NCBI GenBank assembly: GCA_025062045.1
Contig: JANXAF010000008.1
Coordinates: 13,975 to 77,974, forward strand
Reading direction: 5' to 3'
From: Thermodesulfobacteriota bacterium
GTDB taxonomy: Bacteria > Desulfobacterota > Syntrophorhabdia > Syntrophorhabdales > JANXAF01
DNA length: 64,000 nt
Below, piece after piece: positions 29,475 to 37,063 of this stretch; the first letter of the stretch is position 1; each line of letters begins with the position of its first letter. Below the pieces are notes generated by a model that was not told the origin of the DNA, did no database searches, and worked only from the letters and a program-made list of their open reading frames with translations. A program made the translations under genes and the position numbers.

Positions 29475-29789
29475 CTATGAGAATAAGGCGTAGAGATAAA
29501 TTAAAACCAATGAGATTATTCCGGCTAGCGCATTCGAAGCGATAAAGAGCTTTTTTTCGTTCCTGTAACCCAAATCTAGCACTATATTGCGGATACCGTA
29601 TACGCTATGGAAGGTGAAAAGAACAAGAATGAGAATATCCATCGCCGGATTCCTATGGAGGCTTAACGCCCAATCAGGCTTGGCATCCTTAGTAAAAAGA
29701 AAGAAACTTGTAAAAATCTTTATCCCGAAAAGGATAAGAAGGGCAACTCCACTTATTCTGTGGAAGAGCCATATGAACATGGCTTTCAA
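29475..29789 (-). CDS. sdhC: Short (3-TM) succinate dehydrogenase/fumarate reductase membrane-anchor subunit
   Basis: 104-aa ORF (TTG) or 101 aa from the ATG at 29780. Three hydrophobic helices with His residues (FHRISG, LHRNP, FHSVYG). Directly abuts the sdhA start. It is the only anchor-like gene upstream of sdhA. Confidence 0.65.
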   Translation of the reverse strand: MKAMFIWLFHRISGVALLILFGIKIFTSFFLFTKDAKPDWALSLHRNPAMDILILVLFTFHSVYGIRNIVLDLGYRNEKKLFIASNALAGIISLVLIYLYALFS

Positions 29790-29818
29790 TTAGTAACAGT
29801 TAATGGAACTTGAGTCAA
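29790..29818 (-). promoter_or_regulatory. Putative promoter of the sdh-Rieske-cytochrome b operon
   Basis: Minus strand: TTGACT (29818..29813), 17 nt, TACTAA (29795..29790), 9 nt, ATG at 29780. No SD. The -35 element is embedded in the palindrome CTTGAcTCAAG. Confidence 0.35.
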
Positions 29819-29835
29819 GAATTTTTTATGAAAGC

Positions 29836-29865
29836 TTGATGGAGTATCAGGGTTTTCTGTATAAT
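29836..29865 (+). promoter_or_regulatory. Putative promoter of the FmdB-like gene (leadered)
   Basis: TTGATG (29836..29841), 18 nt, TATAAT (29860..29865). GAGGTG SD lies 8 nt before the ATG at 29883. Confidence 0.45.
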
Positions 29866-29882
29866 GAAAGAGGTGCTTTTAT

Positions 29883-30236
29883 ATGCCGATATACGAGTAT
29901 AGATGCCCAGAGTGTAAAAAAATCTCTACCTTCCTTTCCCTTAGGGTAAGTGAGACTATCGAGCCTTATTGTAAGTTTTGTGGAAGCAAAAGGGTCGAGA
30001 AGATGATTTCGAGGGTGGCCATTCTAAAAAGCGAAGAGAAACGGATCGAAAGCATGTTAGATCCAGCTAAATTTTCAGATCTTGATGAGAATAACCCAAG
30101 AAGTGTTGAAAGGTTTATGAGAAGGATAGGGAAGGAATTCGGCGATGAACTCGGAGAGGATTTCGAAGAAACGATAGAGGAAGCTTTATCCGAGGCTCAA
30201 AGTTCAAAAGAGTCTAAAGAGGAAGAAGATCAATAG
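29883..30236 (+). CDS. FmdB-family zinc-ribbon protein (CxxC...CxxC) with acidic C-terminal tail
   Basis: 117 aa. The N-terminus MPIYEYRCPECKK...CKFCGS is typical of the family. Confidence 0.75.
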   Translation: MPIYEYRCPECKKISTFLSLRVSETIEPYCKFCGSKRVEKMISRVAILKSEEKRIESMLDPAKFSDLDENNPRSVERFMRRIGKEFGDELGEDFEETIEEALSEAQSSKESKEEEDQ

Positions 30237-30828
30237 GGCCTTTACCGGTTCTTAAGATCTCCACTCTGTCATCCACAAGTTTCACTACGGTGGAGGGTTC
30301 ACTTCCTAGAAGGAGTCCGCCGTCTATTACAATATCTATGAGCCCTTTAAGCCTTCTCTCAATCGATTTGGGATCTGTAAGAACGTCCTCACCCGAAACC
30401 TTTGCCGTTGTGTTAAGTATCGGTCGATCGATAAGATTTGCAAGACCGATGGGTACATCATGAAGTGGCATGCGGATTCCGATTTCCTTGCGGGGTGTCA
30501 TCATAATCTTGGGGACTATCTTTTTTGCCCTGAGTACAACTGTATAAGGACCGGGCAATATGAGTTTCATGATTTTGAAAGCAAACTCACTTACTATCGC
30601 ATAGGTGCTAATCTCTTTGAATGACCTACAGATAAGGCTCATCGCTTTCTTCTCATCCATTTTCCTTATCTGGTAGAGCTTCTTTATGGCCTTTACGTTG
30701 TAAGAGTCACATCCGAGCCCGTAAAAAGTGTCAGTAGGATAAGCTATAACGCCTCCAGAAAGGAGGACTTCCCTTAGTTTTTCTGTTATCTTTCTCTTTG
30801 GCCTTTTTGGGTTCCACTCAACGATCAT
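30214..30828 (-). CDS. tsaC: L-threonylcarbamoyladenylate synthase (YrdC/TsaC family)
   Basis: 204 aa with the YPTDTFYGLGCD motif and YrdC-domain length. Confidence 0.8.
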   Translation of the reverse strand: MIVEWNPKRPKRKITEKLREVLLSGGVIAYPTDTFYGLGCDSYNVKAIKKLYQIRKMDEKKAMSLICRSFKEISTYAIVSEFAFKIMKLILPGPYTVVLRAKKIVPKIMMTPRKEIGIRMPLHDVPIGLANLIDRPILNTTAKVSGEDVLTDPKSIERRLKGLIDIVIDGGLLLGSEPSTVVKLVDDRVEILRTGKGPIDLLPL

Positions 30829-31388
30829 TTTTTTCTTCCGACAAATCTGGCCAAAGCTCTCCTTTTTCCATTCGTCTCAAATATCCCTTCTTCGTAAAAG
30901 ATGCATTCAAAGTCCTCGAATAGATGGAGCAACTCTCCGTCTTCCAAAAGATAGTCCGGGTTGCGAAATCCCTCTATTAAGTTTTGCCGTTTAAGATATG
31001 TCTCGTATACTAAAAGTCCATCCTTTTTGAGCAGATTTTTAAGTTCTTTCACGATCCCTCGTATCAGAAAGTAAAAAACGAGAACACAACCAAATTTACC
31101 TTCCTTGAAAGGCAGGTTTTGGGCATCGGCCCTCACAAGGAAGAAATCTTTCATTCCTTTTTTATTAAACCTCTCTTTTGCCTGTCTTAGCGCCTCCATA
31201 GATATGTCCATTCCTATAGCCCTATATCCTCTCTCCGAAAGAAAGATTAAGTCCCTGCCAATACCCATGGCGATCTCGAGTACTGGTCCCGATTTTATCA
31301 AAGAATGGTACCTTTCAAGGACCCAGTGTGTCTTTAAATCTCGCGAATAAAAGCCTTCTTTGTACCTTCTCTCCCAGTCTACACTCAT
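30825..31388 (-). CDS. Class I SAM-dependent methyltransferase
   Basis: Motif I VLEIAMGIGRD and the post-I acidic residue GMDIS. The ORF track starts at TTG 31424, but the ATG at 31388 (MSVDWERRY) fits the family N-terminus and the adjacent promoter. Confidence 0.75.
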   Translation of the reverse strand: MSVDWERRYKEGFYSRDLKTHWVLERYHSLIKSGPVLEIAMGIGRDLIFLSERGYRAIGMDISMEALRQAKERFNKKGMKDFFLVRADAQNLPFKEGKFGCVLVFYFLIRGIVKELKNLLKKDGLLVYETYLKRQNLIEGFRNPDYLLEDGELLHLFEDFECIFYEEGIFETNGKRRALARFVGRKK

Positions 31389-31395
31389 GTCGAAG

Positions 31396-31424
31396 ATTGT
31401 AGGATAGACTTTTTCAGTTTTCAA
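31396..31424 (-). promoter_or_regulatory. Promoter abutting the methyltransferase start (leaderless geometry)
   Basis: Minus strand: TTGAAA (31424..31419), 17 nt, TACAAT (31401..31396), 7 nt, ATG at 31388. No SD. Confidence 0.45.
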
Positions 31425-31433
31425 TGCTATAAA
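31405..31433 (+). promoter_or_regulatory. Extended -10 promoter abutting the HAD hydrolase start (leaderless geometry)
   Basis: TAGACT (31405..31410), 17 nt (the last three being TGc), TATAAA (31428..31433), 6 nt, ATG at 31440. No SD. Confidence 0.45.
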
Positions 31434-31439
31434 ACGGGT

Positions 31440-32081
31440 ATGCCTTCAAGGGTACTATTTTTGGATTGCGATGGAACCCTAACTCAAATCAAAAGTAGCT
31501 GGGAGTATCTCCACAGACGCTTAAACTTATGGGATGATCTGGCAGAGCACTTCCAAAGGCTATACCTTGAAGGAAAGATCGACTATTACGAATTTTGCAG
31601 AAAAGATGCCTACCTCTGGGCAGGGAGATCGCTAAAAGAAGTATTAGAAATCGTAAAAGAGATACCTCTCACAAAAGGTGCGGAAAAAGCTATAAAGATT
31701 TTAAAGGATATGGGTTTTTACACAGTTATAGTTTCTACGGGACTTAGCCTCGTTGTAAACAGAGTGAAGGAATTACTTGGTATCGATCTTGCGGTATCCA
31801 ATGAACTTTTAACCTCCGATGGGTTTATAACAGGGAAGATTAATATAAACGTGGAACAGGGAAGAAAGGACAGAGTCGTCAAAAACGTACTAAAGAGATT
31901 TGGCCTAAGAAGGGAAGACGCCTTCGCCATAGGGGATGGGGTAGGCGATCTTACAATGTTTCAAAGCGTGGGGGTCTCGATAGGGTTTAACCCTGAACCA
32001 GAAATCATTCCCTACGTGAACTACTCGGTAACAAGCGATAATCTTTTGGATGTGGTCCCGCTTTTGGAGTTGCATCGGTGA
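31440..32081 (+). CDS. HAD-superfamily hydrolase (phosphoserine-phosphatase-like subfamily IB)
   Basis: 213 aa with DCDGTLT (DxDxT), VSTGLS and GDGVGD motifs. Confidence 0.75.
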   Translation: MPSRVLFLDCDGTLTQIKSSWEYLHRRLNLWDDLAEHFQRLYLEGKIDYYEFCRKDAYLWAGRSLKEVLEIVKEIPLTKGAEKAIKILKDMGFYTVIVSTGLSLVVNRVKELLGIDLAVSNELLTSDGFITGKININVEQGRKDRVVKNVLKRFGLRREDAFAIGDGVGDLTMFQSVGVSIGFNPEPEIIPYVNYSVTSDNLLDVVPLLELHR

Positions 32082-32536
32082 GAGAAATCCTGCCTTTGGT
32101 CCTATTATCCATTATAATCGTATCCCTTTTTGGATGCGCTCCCAAAAAAATCAGAGTTTATGAGGGACAAGAAGAGATAAGAAACCGGATCGTTGAGGTT
32201 TCATTATCCCTTCTCGGAAAACCGTACATGGCTGGTGGAAAAGGACCGGAAAGGTTCGACTGTAGCGGACTTATTCATTACGTATTCAAGAAAGTGAATA
32301 TAGACCTACCAATCTCGACAGAAAAGCTAATTAAAGTTGGAATTGAGGTCGCAAAAGAAAACGTCTTGCCCGGAGATATCGTCTTTTTTAAAATTCAAAA
32401 GGATTTACACGCCGGAATTATGTTGAATAAAGAAGAGTTCATCCATGCCTCCAAAGCCAAGGGTGTAGGGGTCGATTCTCTCCGTTCTCCATACTGGGAA
32501 AGAAGGGTTTTGACTTTCCGATCAGTAATCTTTTGA
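32078..32536 (+). CDS. NlpC/P60 (C40) family peptidoglycan peptidase, probable lipoprotein
   Basis: 152 aa. Lipobox-like LFGC. Catalytic FDCSGL Cys plus downstream His residues (LHAG, IHAS). Confidence 0.8.
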   Translation: MREILPLVLLSIIIVSLFGCAPKKIRVYEGQEEIRNRIVEVSLSLLGKPYMAGGKGPERFDCSGLIHYVFKKVNIDLPISTEKLIKVGIEVAKENVLPGDIVFFKIQKDLHAGIMLNKEEFIHASKAKGVGVDSLRSPYWERRVLTFRSVIF

Positions 32537-32592
32537 TTTACTTATGCGGTTTCTGTGTGGTATATGCATCTATAATCCAAAAAAGGAGGGAT

Positions 32593-33063
32593 ATGATGAA
32601 AGAGCCGATTCTTGACGGAAAAAAGATCCTTGCTGTGGATGATGAACCGGATGTCTTGCAAGTTCTAAGGGAAGAGATTGTAGACGCGTGTGAGACCTGT
32701 CAGTTTGACGAAGCAAGAACGTTTGAAGAGGCAAAAGAGAAACTGGAAAAGAACGATTATGACATAGTCATTTTGGACATTATGGGAGTTAGGGGTTTTG
32801 ATCTTTTAGATATGGCGGTAAAGAAGGGCTTAAAAGTTGTCATGCTTACCGCCCATTCCCTCAATTCTGAATCACTGAAACGTTCCTATGAGATGAAGGC
32901 CAGAGCTTATTTACCGAAAAACAAGCTTGGAGAAATCGTGCCCTTCCTTAAAGATGTTTTGACAAGCGAGTATGAGTCTGGTTGGAGAAAGATTTTGAAA
33001 AAGCTTGAAAAATTCTTTGATGAGGAATTTGAGCCCGACTGGAGAAAGAAGATAGGATACTGA
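32593..33063 (+). CDS. Stand-alone response-regulator receiver-domain protein
   Basis: AVDDEPD, phospho-acceptor ILDIMG, MLTAHS and YLPKN form a complete receiver signature. There is a short helical C-terminal tail and no output domain. The ATG at 32593 is preceded by AAGGAGGG, so the upstream part of the track ORF (from 32533) is unlikely to be translated. Confidence 0.8.
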   Translation: MMKEPILDGKKILAVDDEPDVLQVLREEIVDACETCQFDEARTFEEAKEKLEKNDYDIVILDIMGVRGFDLLDMAVKKGLKVVMLTAHSLNSESLKRSYEMKARAYLPKNKLGEIVPFLKDVLTSEYESGWRKILKKLEKFFDEEFEPDWRKKIGY

Positions 33064-33064
33064 G

Positions 33065-34057
33065 CTAAAAAAGAGATCTTATGTAATTTACAAGCTTTGG
33101 CGCGCAGACCTCAACCGTAAAGTTGGACGTGACCTTTTTCCTTCCCATCTCGCCCATCTTTCTTCTTAGGCTTGGGTTCTCGATAAGCAGAGAAAGCTTT
33201 TCAATCCACTCCTCCTTCGTACGGGCCCAAAATCCCTCTATTCCGTCATCGACTATATCCTTATTTATGCCCACCGGCGTACAAACGCACGGTATTCCCA
33301 TCCCTAGGTACTGGATAATTTTAAAACCACATTTCCCCTTAGACCAAAGGTCATCAAAAAGGGGCATGACTCCAATATCGATTTTTGAGAGCTCCTCGGT
33401 TTCGGTTTCTAAGCTCCACCTTACGGGATTTACTTTTATGTGCTCTGTCTCTATGGATGTGTCGCAGATAATAGTGAGAATCACGTTCTTGTAGCTCTTT
33501 CCAATTTCTTCCCATACATCCTTGTAGCTTTCTAAATAGTGTATACTTCCATGGTCTCCTATCCAGCCTATGTTTACCGTGCCCGTCTCTTTGTGTGGCC
33601 TTTGAAAGTAACGGCTTCCATCTATTGGCGTAGGTAGCACGTAAACGTTGCTATTGAATTTTAGAGCCTCCTCTTTTAAAAAACTGTTTCCTGCTATCAC
33701 AAGATCAGAAAACCGCATGATCCTTCTAAAGCTCATCATTCTTCTTAGCGAATAGGGATTTTCTGAGAGGGAGTTTTTGAACATAATTGCATCGTCAAAG
33801 TCGTATATGATCTTTTTTTTCATGAGTTTTAAAAGAATAAGGAGGTTTAGCGGTGGTCTCTTCCTCTGAAAGAAGATGGCATCCGAACCCCTAAAATACG
33901 TATACATCTTGATCCATCCAGAAATATTCTTCGGATACTCAAAGACTTTAGGGTTGATCTCCGCTTTTTTGAGATAGGGTATGTACTGAAGGACCCTAAG
34001 CCTTGAAGACGCTACATTATGTCCCTGGATGAAAAAGGTTAGGTTTATACTTCCCAT
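33065..34057 (-). CDS. Glycosyltransferase family 1 (GT-B fold)
   Basis: 330 aa. The C-terminal half has the EGFWARTKEEW / E-x7-E-like GT1 pattern. Located within the glycan cluster. Confidence 0.7.
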   Translation of the reverse strand: MGSINLTFFIQGHNVASSRLRVLQYIPYLKKAEINPKVFEYPKNISGWIKMYTYFRGSDAIFFQRKRPPLNLLILLKLMKKKIIYDFDDAIMFKNSLSENPYSLRRMMSFRRIMRFSDLVIAGNSFLKEEALKFNSNVYVLPTPIDGSRYFQRPHKETGTVNIGWIGDHGSIHYLESYKDVWEEIGKSYKNVILTIICDTSIETEHIKVNPVRWSLETETEELSKIDIGVMPLFDDLWSKGKCGFKIIQYLGMGIPCVCTPVGINKDIVDDGIEGFWARTKEEWIEKLSLLIENPSLRRKMGEMGRKKVTSNFTVEVCAPKLVNYIRSLF

Positions 34058-35496
34058 CGCTTAAAAACGAGACCTTCTTTTCCCACGTAGACTATTTCCC
34101 TTTCTTTTGAGTTCTCCGTAACTTTTTTTATGAGTTTTCTCTTCTCTTCTTTCGAGAGAGCATCGATTGAGGCGATGATTCTTAACCGATCCATAATAGA
34201 TACCTTTTTGGGAATGGTGTTATTGAGGGTTGAAAGCATGGATGCTAGCTCTTCCCATCCTAACTTTTTAAAAACAATATCTTCAACGTCCAAAAGGTAA
34301 AAGCCTACCTGGGGAACAAAAAAGATGTTACAGCCCTTAAAGTCCTTATGAAAGATACCGAGCTTGATTAGCTTAAGAAGGAAGGCTGAAAAATCTTTGA
34401 GAAGTGTGAGCCTTTGGGTTTCTTCCATCCTTTCGTAGGTTTGATCTAAAAACCTATCAAGCTCAAAACCGCCTTGCTTTTTCAGATCTTCCATGAGGAT
34501 AAAACCGTGCGACCTAAAACTAGGAAGCCTCATGGCAAAGGCCCTAGGAACTATACGGGTACCGAGGTATTCAAAAACTACACTATTGGCCCAAGCCCGC
34601 TTCAATCTTCTTCTGCTTTTGTAAATTTTTTTTACGCAGTTGGAGTATCTCAAAAGAGTGACTTTCCTATCTTCTTTTATAAGCTCCACCAAGTTACCTT
34701 CTCTTACTCCCTCAAAGCCTTTCAAAAATCTAAAGCCGTTTTGACTCAAAACTAAAGATGTGGTTTTGTCCGACCTTTTGAGCTTCCTTTGAATCCAAGA
34801 CCTTCTTAGGTCCTCGATTTTCCTTTCGACACTTCCTCTAATCGATGGATCTCCGTAGAAATTAAAAAAGACCTGAAGCTCGTCATGTCTGAGCTCGTCG
34901 TATAAGGTATGAAGCGCATAAGAGATGTTCGATATTTCGTCCTTTTTGCCAAATCTCTTTTTAATCTTTACCTTGTGAAAATCAACGAGAATCAAACGAC
35001 CATCCACGATCAATAGATTATCCAAGTGTAAGTCATCATGCCTTACTTTTTTCGATTTAAGTTTTTTTAAGAACTCGGCAAGAATTTTAAGTAAAAGCGA
35101 CCTGTCTTTAGCCTCCTTAAACTTTTTAAGATAAGTTTCTGCCTCTACATACTCCCAGACTGAAAAAGAACGTAAAGATCCTAATCCGTACCCTAAGCCT
35201 TTAGGCGTCTCGATGGCAAGGTCTTTTAGCCTTTCATAAGTTTCAAACTCTTTTTTTCCTCTCGGAGAAAAGAAGTTCCTTAGATATCCGAAGATACCTT
35301 TCTCAACAAAACATTTGACAAAGATCCTATTATTACCCGCAAGTTCTATGATTTTGTGGGCCCGTGCCCATCCGAAATGCTGAGACTTAAGGACATTTTT
35401 TAGACTTTCATCCTTCAGATACCAGACGATTGAATCCTTTTTTAACATTGCCTTACAAGAAATCCTTGTCCATAATTGACTCAATGTATTCAACAC
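34045..35496 (-). CDS. Tandem lipopolysaccharide-kinase (Kdo/WaaP/RIO-like) domain protein
   Basis: 483 aa with two kinase-like halves, each having a catalytic-loop motif (HDDLHLDNLLI..LVDFHK and HKDFKGCNIFF..LLDVED). An alternative start is the ATG at 35448 (MLKKDSIVWY). Confidence 0.65.
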   Translation of the reverse strand: MLNTLSQLWTRISCKAMLKKDSIVWYLKDESLKNVLKSQHFGWARAHKIIELAGNNRIFVKCFVEKGIFGYLRNFFSPRGKKEFETYERLKDLAIETPKGLGYGLGSLRSFSVWEYVEAETYLKKFKEAKDRSLLLKILAEFLKKLKSKKVRHDDLHLDNLLIVDGRLILVDFHKVKIKKRFGKKDEISNISYALHTLYDELRHDELQVFFNFYGDPSIRGSVERKIEDLRRSWIQRKLKRSDKTTSLVLSQNGFRFLKGFEGVREGNLVELIKEDRKVTLLRYSNCVKKIYKSRRRLKRAWANSVVFEYLGTRIVPRAFAMRLPSFRSHGFILMEDLKKQGGFELDRFLDQTYERMEETQRLTLLKDFSAFLLKLIKLGIFHKDFKGCNIFFVPQVGFYLLDVEDIVFKKLGWEELASMLSTLNNTIPKKVSIMDRLRIIASIDALSKEEKRKLIKKVTENSKEREIVYVGKEGLVFKRWEV

Positions 35497-36415
35497 TTAC
35501 CCTTCTTTTTTTTTGAACTTTTTTTCTCTCTTCAAGCACATAGGGTAACTTGAGAAATGCCGAAAAAATTCCTGATAGAAAATAGTACGTTCTAATCTTG
35601 TAGAAGTTAAGGAAAGTTCTCTCAAAAAGCATAGACAGCCTATATCTTAACACCTTTGGAAAGTTTTTCACGATAAGCTCATACGGCATGTTCTTTACAA
35701 AGCACAAAAGGGAGTTTCTATTGTTGAGGTAAGTCTGGAGGTACCTTTTTCTCTTTATCGTCGCTCCAACCATGTGGTAGGCAACGGCGTAAGGAACGAA
35801 GATGGCTTTATATCCCGCAAGCTGGGCCCTAAAACTCAAATCCACATCTTCAAAGGACGCAAAAAAGGTCTCATCGAAAAGACCTATATCTTCGAACATG
35901 CTCCTTCTATATAGAGAGGCGCCGGCGTTTACACCGAAGATGTACCTTATGTTGCTACAGTATTCATATCTGTCCTCTTTTCCTGCGCCTATGATTTCTA
36001 CCGCACTGTTACTGTTATAACGGATACCTAAAACATTTATTCTATCTGGCTCACGGTACCTTAGAACTTTGGGGTTGCAAGCCCCCGCATCTTGATACCT
36101 ATCAAGGGCATCAACCATCTCTCTCAACCATCCCGGTGTGACTTCCATATCATTGTTGAGAAGTGCTATGTACTCCGATTCTGCGGCTTCGATTCCACGA
36201 TTGACAGCGAATGAGAAACCGTAATTTTTTTCCAATCTTATGACCGTTATCTCAGGATATCTTTCTTTCAAAAGGGAAAGAGAATTATCTTTCGATCCGT
36301 TATCCACGACTACGGTTGTGAAATCTTTAAAGTCCTGCGTTTTTAAGGACTCAAGCGGAAGAGGAAGTAGCTTTTCTCCGTTGTAGTTGGGAATAATGAT
36401 AGTAACCCTTGACAA
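35453..36415 (-). CDS. Glycosyltransferase family 2 (GT-A fold)
   Basis: 320 aa with the N-terminus VTIIIPNYNG, VVDNGSKD and the LNNDMEV (DxD-like) motif. Confidence 0.85.
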   Translation of the reverse strand: MSRVTIIIPNYNGEKLLPLPLESLKTQDFKDFTTVVVDNGSKDNSLSLLKERYPEITVIRLEKNYGFSFAVNRGIEAAESEYIALLNNDMEVTPGWLREMVDALDRYQDAGACNPKVLRYREPDRINVLGIRYNSNSAVEIIGAGKEDRYEYCSNIRYIFGVNAGASLYRRSMFEDIGLFDETFFASFEDVDLSFRAQLAGYKAIFVPYAVAYHMVGATIKRKRYLQTYLNNRNSLLCFVKNMPYELIVKNFPKVLRYRLSMLFERTFLNFYKIRTYYFLSGIFSAFLKLPYVLEERKKVQKKRRVSVEYIESIMDKDFL

Positions 36416-36418
36416 GAA

Positions 36419-37063
36419 TCAAAACCTTTTATCTTTTACGGCCAAGATCAGGTATTGCCGGGCCAAAAACTCAAGGAGAATCTTTCCCAAGCACTCATTG
36501 AGTAATTTGAGCCATCGCGCTCCAGAAATCCTAAATTTTACTACCCGAACCTTAAATCCCGCCTCACTAATCATATCTTTCGCGGTCTTAAGTGTAAAAA
36601 ACCTAAGATGAGTTCTATCGAGAATCCCCTCATCCGTGTAATCCCAGGTTCCATAAAAGATAAGTTTTTTTAAAACCCTGTAGTGTCTCACATTGGGGAT
36701 GCTCACAACCAAAAATCCATCCATCCTAAGATACTTATTGTGTTTTTTAAGTAGCGACCAAGGATCCACAAGGTGCTCAAGGATGTCTCCGTAAATTATA
36801 CAGTCAAAGTAACCAGGCGGAAATGGTAGGTCTATTTCTTCCACATCACCCACAAACACTTCATCGTAATATTGGGCAGCGAACTTGGCTATATCCTTTC
36901 TTATCTCAATGCCTACTACTGTCTTTCCTTTTTCCTTGAGTATCCGGCTAGTTTCCCCACCACCGCATCCAATGTCCAAAATTCTTTCAACACCCTCAGG
37001 GACCATCTCTATAATATCGATCCGAGGTGTGAAGTAATAAGGGTGTTTATCCAATCGTTCCAT
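36419..37063 (-). CDS. Class I SAM-dependent methyltransferase
   Basis: 214 aa with ILDIGCGGGE (motif I), GIEI and the YGDILEHL motif. Confidence 0.8.
   Translation of the reverse strand: MERLDKHPYYFTPRIDIIEMVPEGVERILDIGCGGGETSRILKEKGKTVVGIEIRKDIAKFAAQYYDEVFVGDVEEIDLPFPPGYFDCIIYGDILEHLVDPWSLLKKHNKYLRMDGFLVVSIPNVRHYRVLKKLIFYGTWDYTDEGILDRTHLRFFTLKTAKDMISEAGFKVRVVKFRISGARWLKLLNECLGKILLEFLARQYLILAVKDKRF

Noticed and set aside
32533-32592. N-terminal extension of the receiver-domain ORF (MIYLCGFCVVYASIIQKRRD)
   Set aside because: A strong AAGGAGGG SD sits immediately before the internal ATG at 32593, and the receiver domain begins there. The extension overlaps the NlpC/P60 gene end.
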